DNA of 64,000 nt. It comes from Candidatus Dojkabacteria bacterium. Lineage in GTDB: Bacteria; Patescibacteriota; Dojkabacteria; B142; JAFGFJ01. The notes under the pieces are model-generated. The model had not been told where the DNA came from, did not search any database, and saw only the letters and a list, made by a program, of their open reading frames with translations. Below, in pieces: positions 10,291 through 19,039 of the stretch. A program made the position numbers and the translations under genes. The stretch is from contig JAFGFJ010000006.1 of the NCBI GenBank assembly GCA_016931155.1, positions 13,115 through 77,114 of the forward strand, read 5' to 3'. The first letter of the stretch is position 1; each line of letters starts with the position of its first letter.

Positions 10291-10309
10291 AAATGGTGGA
10301 GATGGGGGG
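10291..10309. repeat. left direct repeat (att-like) AAATGGTGGAGATGGGGGG, a partial duplicate of the ssrA 3' terminus
   Basis: 15/15 nt identical plus 3 further matching G's to 18566..18584. On the minus strand this reads CCC(C)CCATCTCCACCATTT, i.e. the last 16 nt of the tmRNA plus 3 nt. Confidence 0.6.
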
Positions 10310-10794
10310 CTCGTTTGCGGGCGGGATTATTTCTGAACTGGAAAAACTGTTACTGATCGTAAAGAATCCTTTACAAGTAGCTCGTACTGCTTAATCATAC
10401 AAAATTACCCTAACTATATGCAATGCTTTGATTGAAAAGCAAATAAAATAAATGTAAGGGAATGAACATTGATAATTTAATGGACTAATCTATAAGATAT
10501 CGAATCATTGAAATATCTAATCAAAATGTTATACTCTTTTTGTAGATGCTGATTAAATGTAAAAGTTTCTATCCGAAAGTAGTTCCTAGCTACTTCCTTT
10601 TTTTACCTGCATCGCTGCGTTTTTTTCTCCAACGACCATTTTTATTTCTATCTCTGGGTTGTGTACCACCCCCTTGCTCGGGGACATATGGACCTCTACC
10701 CAATCTTCTATCTGCCATCCTTATCACCTCCTTTCGAGATTAATTTCAGCACCTACAAACAGGGTACACTCCCTGTTTGGATTCAATTTCAATG

Positions 10795-11748
10795 CTATTT
10801 TAACTTTATATCAAGAATCCTTTTCACCTTATCCTGCCACCCTTTAGTATGTAATACACGATTATACGTTTCATTGTTCCTACGAAGTAATTCAGTTCTT
10901 GAAAGTTGGCTAAGCTTTACCCAATCTGAATAGAGCACATAGATTGCGTTTCCATAGTTTTGATTTTCGAAGACCACCAAGTCTTTGTTAATTACTGCTC
11001 CAAAATAGTTCCCAAAACCTGTCCTACCATAAATGTATTTTTTCGGTTTAAGCTTACCCATAAAATCTAACCTCTCTTTTGTAGCCTTTGTAGCATCAAT
11101 ATCTGAAGCCAAATTTTGCCCACTCATTACTTTCTTGACAAAGTCTTCTCTTTTCTCCGGTGGGAAAATCTCCCAATCAACTTGCTGTATCTTAGTGTAA
11201 TCAATTTTATCATCACTTCCCCTTAAATCTGAACGACCTGTTGATTCTTGTAGAAGGTTAATAGCGAAAAAGATTTCATCAGTATCATCGTGAGGAATAG
11301 GATTAGCTAATGAGAATTCGAATAATAGTGAATTATTTTTAATCTGTTTAATTTTCATTCTATGCCCATGTGCTGGCTCAATTTCTCTTTGGTATCGCTT
11401 TTTATTCCAAACGATTGTATGTGTCCCATTCGAAGCATCTCCCCAGTTAGGAGCTTCTACAGATATAGTATAATCTTCTTTTGGAAGGTCTTTACGTATG
11501 ATTTCTTTCTCATAAAGATTGAATTTGGTAAATCTTCCAATTATACCTGGGATAACCTCATCAGGATATGTCACTTTACCATCTTGTATCTTTATACCAA
11601 GATGTTTATAAACTCCATTTTCTATATCATCCTGTCTAAAGAGTTTTAATGAAAATACTTGAACATTTTCCTTCGAAGGAATTTCGTCAAGCTTTATTTG
11701 TAAATGTTTTGGCATATTTATATAGTATTTTTTCCACTTGTTTTTCAT
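10795..11748 (-). CDS. hypothetical protein, candidate toxin partner of the upstream HTH-Panacea gene
   Basis: 317-aa ORF on the same strand, 168 bp downstream of the Panacea-domain gene. No recognisable domain. Confidence 0.4.
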   Translation of the reverse strand: MKNKWKKYYINMPKHLQIKLDEIPSKENVQVFSLKLFRQDDIENGVYKHLGIKIQDGKVTYPDEVIPGIIGRFTKFNLYEKEIIRKDLPKEDYTISVEAPNWGDASNGTHTIVWNKKRYQREIEPAHGHRMKIKQIKNNSLLFEFSLANPIPHDDTDEIFFAINLLQESTGRSDLRGSDDKIDYTKIQQVDWEIFPPEKREDFVKKVMSGQNLASDIDATKATKERLDFMGKLKPKKYIYGRTGFGNYFGAVINKDLVVFENQNYGNAIYVLYSDWVKLSQLSRTELLRRNNETYNRVLHTKGWQDKVKRILDIKLK

Positions 11749-11915
11749 TGTAATCTATTAATAATAAATATAAATCTATAGCAAGAAGGTGTAAAACTTC
11801 CCATTCTATAATGATTTGACCTGGAAGTGGAAACTGTTATAATGAGGTGTAAAGTGTTCGTTACGAACAGAAAGCATACCTTCCAGGTGTGCTTTTTTTT
11901 AGGCTTCATTCATTC

Positions 11916-12611
11916 TTAAAACGGTAACAAATTAAGTAATTTATATTCTTTCTTCATATCATCTTCTGAAATAATTTTATTCGTTCTTTTCATAGCATTT
12001 TTCCAAGGTAACTCTTTGTGAGATTTCGCTCTAAGTTGATATGCTGAGTAATAACCAAGTTTTTCCAATACAGTATCTATTATTTTTTTTGATTGAGAAT
12101 CAAGCTCTTCATATGTTTTATCAATCGGTTCGTTGATTACATTTGCTACAAAATGTTTATATGAGTCATATAATTCGCGGACTACTGGCCCGTGATCCCA
12201 AGATTCAAGATTTTCCTTAAATAATGGGTACCCCCTCATTCCTAGATTGTACATTTGGACATAATAGATTAATTTATTCAGCTTCATGTTTGTTAGATCA
12301 TAATAAGATTCGTTTGATTTCTTTTCAAAATTGAAGATACGTTTCATTTGTTCAATGATGTACTTTGCGACATCTAAAACTGAGTATTGCTTTAGATTGT
12401 TTAATTTTGAATCTTCAGAGTTAATAAATTCTATATCAAGACCTGTAGCTGATAAGAATCTAAATAGAGTTTTACTACTTACACCAGTTTCACCACGCTC
12501 AATTCTCGCAATAGTAGACTGCGGTACTCCCATTCTTTCAGCAAGGTCTGTTTGCGATAAACCTAATCGCATTCTATATTCTTGAATTTTTTCAACTATT
12601 TCGTCTCTCAT
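11916..12611 (-). CDS. XRE-family HTH fused to a Panacea (DUF4065/SocA-like) domain; PanA-type antitoxin-like protein
   Basis: N-terminal LSQTDLAERMGVPQSTIARIERGE is an XRE HTH. C-terminal MKLNKLIYYVQMYNLGMRGYPLFKENLESWDHGPVVRELYDSYKHF matches the DUF4065/Panacea core (KLQKLLYYAQ...W.HGPV...Y). Confidence 0.65.
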   Translation of the reverse strand: MRDEIVEKIQEYRMRLGLSQTDLAERMGVPQSTIARIERGETGVSSKTLFRFLSATGLDIEFINSEDSKLNNLKQYSVLDVAKYIIEQMKRIFNFEKKSNESYYDLTNMKLNKLIYYVQMYNLGMRGYPLFKENLESWDHGPVVRELYDSYKHFVANVINEPIDKTYEELDSQSKKIIDTVLEKLGYYSAYQLRAKSHKELPWKNAMKRTNKIISEDDMKKEYKLLNLLPF

Positions 12612-12722
12612 AAAGGAAATCTAATAAATAACTGCTCAATAATACGTTAAAAAAATGTTTATGTCAAAAAAACATAATTAATTATGCGAAAGAGATATAA
12701 GAGAATAATTAGATAGAAAGAT

Positions 12723-13970
12723 TTATAAAATAGCCATCTGTTCCTCTACGAACTCTATTGGCATAGAAACGTATTTATCTTTATCATACGTTTTATTCAA
12801 CATAGAAACCGCAGCCTGTCCAATATGATAACCCAAATTCACTGGGACGGCGTTGCCAATTTGTTTGTACTGAGAGGTTGTTGATCCCTCGAATACCCAT
12901 TCATCTGGGAATGTTTGAATCCTAGCATATTCTCTAACAGTAAGAGGTCGAGTTTCTTCTGGATGGCATCTTTCTGTTTGCTTCTGAGCAGGGCTAGTTG
13001 TAAGAGTTAAACTAGGTTCATCCCATGATAATCTCCGAGCCATCCCAGTTTTTCCTCCGCTGTGATAATAGCTTTTTCCCATATATTCTTTTTGTACTTC
13101 CTCTGGTAAATCCCTCCAGTAACCACCAGGAGGTATCTGTTTCATAATTTCATATTTCTTTTCTGGGTATGACTGTCCTGAAGATTGTGGAACATTCTCA
13201 AGAGCCTCTCGAAGGGATACAAAATAATTTTTTTCTTTAGGAAACAAAATAGGAGTATCAAGATCATTCCTAACACCAATAATAATCAATCGTTCACGTT
13301 TTTGAGGAACGTCTAGATATTGAGATCGAAGTATTTTATAAGCGACTTTATATCCTAGTTCCTCTAATGTGTTAATCATAGTTGATAATGTACGTCCATT
13401 ATCATGCTTGTGTAGTCCTCGAACATTTTCACCTATAGCTATTTTAGGTTTAACTTCCTTCACACAACGTGCAAACTCAAAAAATAGAGTTCCTCTAGTA
13501 TCTTCAAATCCGCCCTTTTTCCCTGCATAACTGAATGATTGACATGGGAAACCGCCTTCAACGATATCTGCTGACATTTCCGTAAAATCAACATTCGCAA
13601 TATCATCTTCAATAACATTCCAATTTGGACGATTTGTTCTCAAAGTAGCTGCTGCATTTTTATCTATTTCTACTAGTAATTTATGTTCTAATCCAGCATT
13701 TTCTAAACCTAGTGCAGTCCCCCCAGCTCCCGAAAATAGATCTATAACAGTATATCCGGAGCTATTATCGGCTTTATGAATTTTATATCTATTATTGGAG
13801 TCATCTCCATCCAACTTTTTTATCAATCTATCGATTTCATCTAAATTAAAAACACGATAATTATTATCGGAACGAGAAGCCTTGATCAATCCTTTTTTCT
13901 CCCAACGACGTATAGTATCGGTTGATACATTTAATTTTTGAGCTGCATCGTGTACGGTAATTTTCTTCAT
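12723..13970 (-). CDS. DNA (cytosine-5)-methyltransferase with an N-terminal MerR-type HTH domain
   Basis: Motif I DLFSGAGG, motif IV GFPCQSFS, motif VI ENV, motif X QIGNAV. The N-terminal ~60 aa (LNVSTDTIRRWEKKGLIKA) is a MerR-like HTH. Confidence 0.9.
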   Translation of the reverse strand: MKKITVHDAAQKLNVSTDTIRRWEKKGLIKASRSDNNYRVFNLDEIDRLIKKLDGDDSNNRYKIHKADNSSGYTVIDLFSGAGGTALGLENAGLEHKLLVEIDKNAAATLRTNRPNWNVIEDDIANVDFTEMSADIVEGGFPCQSFSYAGKKGGFEDTRGTLFFEFARCVKEVKPKIAIGENVRGLHKHDNGRTLSTMINTLEELGYKVAYKILRSQYLDVPQKRERLIIIGVRNDLDTPILFPKEKNYFVSLREALENVPQSSGQSYPEKKYEIMKQIPPGGYWRDLPEEVQKEYMGKSYYHSGGKTGMARRLSWDEPSLTLTTSPAQKQTERCHPEETRPLTVREYARIQTFPDEWVFEGSTTSQYKQIGNAVPVNLGYHIGQAAVSMLNKTYDKDKYVSMPIEFVEEQMAIL

Positions 13971-14070
13971 GATTATAGTTTAATGGTAACCTTTACATAA
14001 TGCAAGGGTTACAGCGATTATTCTTTCTATTATGCTTGTTGTATACTTATAGACAGTTTAAGTTATTTTT

Positions 14071-14787
14071 ATGACAGATAAACAAAAAAAAGAAACTCTT
14101 AATAAAGCAAAGAAGTTTTTCAAAGCCTCTATATCGAACAGTCATTTAGGTAATACTGAAAAGCTAGTTACAGTATCGGAATTCAACGTTAATCCTTTTT
14201 TGGTTAAATACCTTGCGCAATTTTTTACCGGAAATACAAAAGCTGAAAGTATAGCTAAGGTTCTTATTTATCCGCGTATTTTGGGAACATCGATTAATAC
14301 AACATTCGGAAGTAGGTTACAAGCTTTCATCAGTGAGGTTTTAGAGGGATATGGTTCCACAACAGCAGGAATTGACATCGAATTTATTGATGCTTTAGAC
14401 AAAAGAAAAAAGTATTGTCAGGTTAAAGCAGGCTCAAATACGATAAACAAAGATGATGTAAAAACTATAAAAGATCATTTCAAATCTGTTTATAGTTTAG
14501 CAAGAACAAATAATCTGAAGGTGACTCTTGATGATATGGTGGTTGGAGTTTTATACGGAACTGAATCCGAATTGAGTTATCACTATAAGAAATTACAAGA
14601 GAATTATCCTGTACACGTTGGGAGTGAGTTTTGGTTTAGGGTAACAGGAGATAAGCATTTCTATATAGACTTAATTGACGCCTTTAGCGAAGTCGCAAAA
14701 GAAATAAATGGTTTTAAAGTTGTAAACAAAGTAGTAAAAGAACTCTCAGAAGATATTGAAAGAAATTACTCTGGATTATTACTATAG
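14071..14787 (+). CDS. putative Type II restriction endonuclease (PD-(D/E)xK-like), divergent from the methyltransferase
   Basis: 238-aa ORF transcribed divergently from the C5-MTase with a 100-bp spacer. GIDIEFID...CQVK resembles a D...ExK catalytic motif. Confidence 0.45.
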   Translation: MTDKQKKETLNKAKKFFKASISNSHLGNTEKLVTVSEFNVNPFLVKYLAQFFTGNTKAESIAKVLIYPRILGTSINTTFGSRLQAFISEVLEGYGSTTAGIDIEFIDALDKRKKYCQVKAGSNTINKDDVKTIKDHFKSVYSLARTNNLKVTLDDMVVGVLYGTESELSYHYKKLQENYPVHVGSEFWFRVTGDKHFYIDLIDAFSEVAKEINGFKVVNKVVKELSEDIERNYSGLLL

Positions 14788-14793
14788 TAGTAT

Positions 14794-15390
14794 TTATTCC
14801 AACATCCCCGCAGCTAATCCTGCAGCATCTGGAAATGACATATTTACGTCTTCTGCATACATTTCAATCATAAAATCTAATATGTCCATTTCAGTTACGC
14901 CTGTTTTACTTTCTTTTCTAAGTGCTATGAGAGCACTTCCTGCTTTTGAATAATTTTCTTCGTTTATCTCCAGTGCATAAAGAGTCATTGCTTCATCAAG
15001 CTTCTCTTTTATTTCTGACTGTGAGTAGCCACCTTCAAAAGCAACTTCCATCATTTCTAATGCAGATGTTTCTTCCTGATCTTTACTATCATTATTAACC
15101 TCTGGTTCAGCCACTTCTGAATCAGTTGGGGTTATTGAGACTTGAGAGTTATCTGTTTTTGTATTTGACTCGGATACCCCCTCCTGAAATCCATCTGAAA
15201 AGCTTCCTAAAAGACCTGTGGCAATGCAATAAATGCATAATAATAGTAACGCTCCTATTACAAGGATGATTAGAACATTTTTGTTCTTCATAAGATAAAC
15301 AATAAAAAATAAACTAGCGGGGAAACTAAAAATGGCTCCCCATTCACCGATAGTCCTTTCGGAACTATCTACTAACCTTTCGGCTAGCAA
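14794..15390 (-). CDS. hypothetical membrane protein with an acidic low-complexity N-terminal region
   Basis: A central TM segment and C-terminal hydrophobic stretches; no family recognised. Confidence 0.4.
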   Translation of the reverse strand: MLAERLVDSSERTIGEWGAIFSFPASLFFIVYLMKNKNVLIILVIGALLLLCIYCIATGLLGSFSDGFQEGVSESNTKTDNSQVSITPTDSEVAEPEVNNDSKDQEETSALEMMEVAFEGGYSQSEIKEKLDEAMTLYALEINEENYSKAGSALIALRKESKTGVTEMDILDFMIEMYAEDVNMSFPDAAGLAAGMLE

Positions 15391-15479
15391 CTACCGCAAA
15401 GTAATGGTGAGATGGGAGAGCCATCTCTATCTTTGCGGTAGATTTTCATACCATGCCACTAAAAAGTGGTTTAGGTACT

Positions 15480-15960
15480 TAATGAATTATAATACTTTTC
15501 TTATGTTTGCTAAAAGTTTTTTGTATTTTCAAATAGGTATTGAAAGAAAGTATAAAAATTTTGGTATCCTTTTAGTACCTCTTTAGTACCCTTACTATAC
15601 AACATGGAAATCGATGAATACTCCTGGTGGATAAGGCAGTAAAGTCGTCGAGGAGACAAAGAAGATAACTAATAAATTTGGTATCGTTTTGGTATCCTAT
15701 TCGCCTGAAAATATCATCGTAATAGCTATTATCAAGACTATCGGAACCAAATGTATATTTTTGTTTTTTGGTACGGTTTTGGTCTTCTTTTGGTCAGGTG
15801 TTTTTAGGATGTATTCCTTGCGTTTACCTTATACAGAAGATTGTTTTAGGTATAAAAAGGGTAAATTCAGGGTACAAAAAAGGTGGAAATTAGGTGGATT
15901 TAAGGTGGATAAAAAAGGTACAAATTGGGTACATTTAAGGTGCATGAAAAGTGAATTTGG
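15480..15960. repeat. noncoding region with several families of short direct repeats (iteron-like)
   Basis: TTTGGTATCC/TTTAGTACC at 15551-15591. TTTGGTATCG/TTTTGGTATCC at 15676-15700. TTTTGGTACGG/TTTTGGTCTTC/TTTTGGTCAGG at 15765-15800. Three AGGTGGA units at exact 11-bp spacing at 15881-15913. GGTACA x3 at 15870-15945. There is no ORF over 60 aa. Confidence 0.6.
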
Positions 15961-15972
15961 TATAATTTTCGT

Positions 15973-16740
15973 ATGAGTAAAACGGAGGATCTATATCGAG
16001 AGATCATAAATACCATAAATCAATACGATTCTAAGCTTAAGAAATCTTTACTTATAGCACCTGCAAATTATGAAGATTGGCTTCGAGATTCATTTCCCCG
16101 TATAGTTACAACCGATAGGACTTTTACACAGGGAGAGGAAGCTATCTATGAATTTGAGAGATATCTTAAAGACAATTCGTTAAATATCATTGAATATGAA
16201 TACCTAGAGAAGAATTCGGAGCTTATTCCAGATGTAATTAATAGTTTATTTAAAGCTGGTGTATTACATAAAAAGAATAATTTGATCGTGTCTCCAGTGG
16301 AGCTGGGCGTTGGAAGTGGATTTGAATTTATTAAACAGGGTCATTTTAAGTTCTATCTGTATGACATAAATTGGAAGTATTTGAAAAAGAAAAAAATTCC
16401 GAAAATGGTTGATGTGGCAGCTGAACTTTTCGATATGGTTCTTACTGAATCTGGAGATTTAATTTATAAAGATAATGAAGTGAAATTTCAAGTTTCTGGC
16501 CAAAAGGGACAGTTTGCACTATTAAAGGCTTTGATGATACTACAAAAAAGACAAAATGACAGTAATATGCAAATATCAGAGTTTCTTGTCGTTAAAGAAA
16601 TGCAGAAATACAGTAATACTGACTTAGATTTTATTTCTCTTGTTAATGACATAAATAAGAAACTAAGCAAGAATAAATTTCCTTATAAAATTTCCCATCC
16701 TCAAAAAGCCTTTATTATTAAGCCATCAGATCAAAAATAA
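15973..16740 (+). CDS. hypothetical protein (island cargo, immediately downstream of the iteron region)
   Basis: 255-aa ORF with no recognised family. Confidence 0.4.
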   Translation: MSKTEDLYREIINTINQYDSKLKKSLLIAPANYEDWLRDSFPRIVTTDRTFTQGEEAIYEFERYLKDNSLNIIEYEYLEKNSELIPDVINSLFKAGVLHKKNNLIVSPVELGVGSGFEFIKQGHFKFYLYDINWKYLKKKKIPKMVDVAAELFDMVLTESGDLIYKDNEVKFQVSGQKGQFALLKALMILQKRQNDSNMQISEFLVVKEMQKYSNTDLDFISLVNDINKKLSKNKFPYKISHPQKAFIIKPSDQK

Positions 16741-16809
16741 GGAAGTGAGTTCCTTATTTCAGGAAGCATTGTCCATGTTCGATAATATAACAAACATCAA
16801 ATTTGTTAT

Positions 16810-16995
16810 ATGTCGAAAGATTTTCTAATTGAAGAAAAACCACTAATCACTATAAAAGAGGCTAGAAAAATTCTAGGTTCTAGATACACTGGTTTGTCTG
16901 ATAAAGAAATCGAAAATAAAATTGCTAGCCTAACGCGTCTTGCAAAGATACTTTTCAAGAATTTAAACCGTCAACGCGATTCTCCCACCAAATAA
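16810..16995 (+). CDS. hypothetical small protein upstream of the integrase (possible directionality/regulatory factor)
   Basis: 61-aa basic ORF directly upstream of the serine recombinase. Confidence 0.3.
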   Translation: MSKDFLIEEKPLITIKEARKILGSRYTGLSDKEIENKIASLTRLAKILFKNLNRQRDSPTK

Positions 16996-17051
16996 TCACT
17001 TTCGTTTGTTATTGAAACTTTATAAAATATTTTAGTTATTAATTATTTACT

Positions 17052-18638
17052 ATGGAAATAAAAAACAACGCATATGATGGTATTGGTTATATAAAAGTAT
17101 CATCCAAAAAACAATTTATTGAAGGTGTAAGTATGGAAGTCCAAAAGAAGAAGGTGACAAAACTTTTGGAAGATCATGGTTGCAAAAAAATAAAAATTTT
17201 CAATGATGATGGTATTAGTGGTCGTGATGTTGAAAAAAGGGATGCTTTCCAAGAAGCCCTGAAAATAGCTACGAAAACAAAGGTTAAATACTTTGCTACA
17301 TATGATACTTCTAGATTTGCTCGTAATACAGAACAGTCCATCCACTATTTCAAAAAACTTGTTAATCAGGGGACTGAATTTATTTGCGCAACGGGGAAAT
17401 TTGATAATTCTCCCAAAGGAACGTTAATGTTTAGTTTACTTGCCTCTTTTGATGATTATAGAAGTTCAAAAGATGGCGAAAAAATTAGAGCTTCGTTTCG
17501 TGACCTGAAACTTCAAGGGAGGTTCCCACATTGTGCTCCTCCTGGTTACGATAACATAAGGATTAACAAAAAAGCTGATATTATTCCAAATCAGGAGATG
17601 GCACCTATTCTAGCTCGTGCGTTGAAAAAGTTTGCGTATGGGGAGCTAATATCACAAGCAGATTTCTCTGATTATTTGTATGAAAATAATTTCGAGCATA
17701 AATGGAAACATTCAGCTATCAAAAAGAAAGCTAATCAGATGGCAGATAGGATTCTACATAATCCTTTTTATTGTGGTTATTTTGTAGATAAAGAAACCGG
17801 AAAAAGAATAAATCATGTATACAGACCCATTATCACAGAGGATGAGTTCAATCTAATTCAGGGGAGACTAGATAAGAGAAGCCGTGGCAGTATGATTAAA
17901 CATAAGGTGAGAGAGGAGTATCCTCTAAGGGGGGCTTTGTATTGTAGTGAATGCGGAAGTAGAGTTCGAAGTTATCCAAATAAAAAAAAAGATCGCAAAC
18001 ATATTCTCTATTATTACGACTGTTCCAAAAAGGGCTGCTGCAAAGGTACTCAGACGTATTTGATTCATGAATCATTAGAGCATATTTTAGGTAAATTGAA
18101 GATCCAGCCAGAGGAGCTGGATCTTTTTTATATTGTTATGCAGAGAGTTATTAAGAACGAGGAAGAAGAACTCTATTTATATGCCAATAAGCTTGATTCT
18201 GACATACACAAACTGAATAGAGAGAAAGAAATTGTTTTTGAAAATTTTAGTAAATGTAAGACAGATATTATGAGAGAAGAACTGGAGTTTAGGTACAATA
18301 AATTGGTAAATGAAATTGAAAATAAAGAAATAGAAAAAGAAAATAATAACCCTAATATAAAAAGCGGGCGGATCTTAGATGAAGCTATGGAATATATTGA
18401 AAGTCCTTTGCAGACTTGGGGTTCGTTAGTTATAAATTACAAGATTCAATACCGAGATTGGCTATTTCCAACCGGTTTAGAATATATCTCGGATAAAGGA
18501 TTGCGGGCGCACGAGATTAATAATGTTTACAATACTTTACAAAGCTTTGAGAGCAAAAAGCCTCAAATGGTGGAGATGGCGGGAATCGAACCCGCGTCCA
18601 TTAAACACAACCTAAAACAGTATTACAAGCTTCGTTGA
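17052..18638 (+). CDS. large serine recombinase (serine integrase)
   Basis: N-terminal resolvase catalytic domain (GYIKVSSKKQ with the serine nucleophile, DTSRFARN), a recombinase domain and a Cys-rich zinc ribbon (CSECGSRV...CSKKGCC). The 3' end overlaps the ssrA 3' end convergently by ~70 nt. Confidence 0.85.
   Translation: MEIKNNAYDGIGYIKVSSKKQFIEGVSMEVQKKKVTKLLEDHGCKKIKIFNDDGISGRDVEKRDAFQEALKIATKTKVKYFATYDTSRFARNTEQSIHYFKKLVNQGTEFICATGKFDNSPKGTLMFSLLASFDDYRSSKDGEKIRASFRDLKLQGRFPHCAPPGYDNIRINKKADIIPNQEMAPILARALKKFAYGELISQADFSDYLYENNFEHKWKHSAIKKKANQMADRILHNPFYCGYFVDKETGKRINHVYRPIITEDEFNLIQGRLDKRSRGSMIKHKVREEYPLRGALYCSECGSRVRSYPNKKKDRKHILYYYDCSKKGCCKGTQTYLIHESLEHILGKLKIQPEELDLFYIVMQRVIKNEEEELYLYANKLDSDIHKLNREKEIVFENFSKCKTDIMREELEFRYNKLVNEIENKEIEKENNNPNIKSGRILDEAMEYIESPLQTWGSLVINYKIQYRDWLFPTGLEYISDKGLRAHEINNVYNTLQSFESKKPQMVEMAGIEPASIKHNLKQYYKLR
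18566..18584. repeat. right direct repeat (att-like) AAATGGTGGAGATGGCGGG at the 3' end of ssrA
   Basis: Matches 10291..10309 (15/15 plus GGG, with one C/G difference). Confidence 0.6.
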
Positions 18639-19039
18639 TTTGTTTTAACGAATAAATTATAAAAATCAACAAAAACAATTTATCCGCGCTTTCAAACATT
18701 CTTCTCTTGTTACAAAGAAAGCATTTGTAATAGATGCATCCTGACTAAGTGACGCCTGTAAAACCCCATCAGGAGAGAATTTTGCAGACGGATGATAATC
18801 TCCGATAAATCGAAAGATTATGCAACGGCAAGATTAAGAGCAGGACTATTAAAGAAACCAGCAATTGCTGATTCAACCTTATCTCTCAATCTGCTGAAAA
18901 AATTTGTTTTGGCGTTTGTTGTTCGTCGTTCGTGGACCTTTGCGGCACCCGCGAACCAGATGAGTTATTTACGAAACAGCATCTGATGTTTCGGCCTGCT
19001 GCATTAAGCAGTTATTCAATGTCGAGACCATACATCCCC
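18568..19039 (-). ncRNA. ssrA: tmRNA (ssrA)
   Basis: Minus-strand 3' end TGGACGCGGGTTCGATTCCCGCCATCTCCACCA is near-identical in form to canonical tmRNA 3' ends (GGAC + T-arm + acceptor + ACCA). The 5' end GGGGATG-TATGGTCTCGAC pairs with the 3' acceptor strand CATCTCC and matches the GGGG...GGNUUCGAC 5' motif. An internal reading frame ends ...NSPALNLAVA-TAA (stop at 18820..18818), resembling ssrA tag C-termini. Confidence 0.75.

Larger units (their letters stand above)
10291..18584. mobile_element. ~8.3 kb genomic island integrated at the 3' end of ssrA, carrying an R-M system, a Panacea antitoxin plus putative toxin, a serine integrase and an iteron region
   Basis: Bounded by the 19-bp direct repeats at 10291 and 18566. 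The integrase lies at the ssrA-proximal end and the cargo is entirely accessory/defence genes. Core genes flank the island: histidine phosphatase to the left, ssrA and comF to the right. Confidence 0.6.

Noticed and set aside
17100-17345. 81-aa minus-strand ORF
   Set aside because: It lies inside and antisense to the serine recombinase gene.
18568-18610. Partial tRNA 3' fragment (T-arm + acceptor + CCA) as an att site
   Set aside because: This was my first reading. The upstream minus-strand sequence lacks any tRNA D or anticodon arm. Instead it has a tmRNA-type 5' end (GGGGATG...GGTCTCGAC) ~470 nt upstream, so this is the 3' end of ssrA rather than a tRNA fragment.
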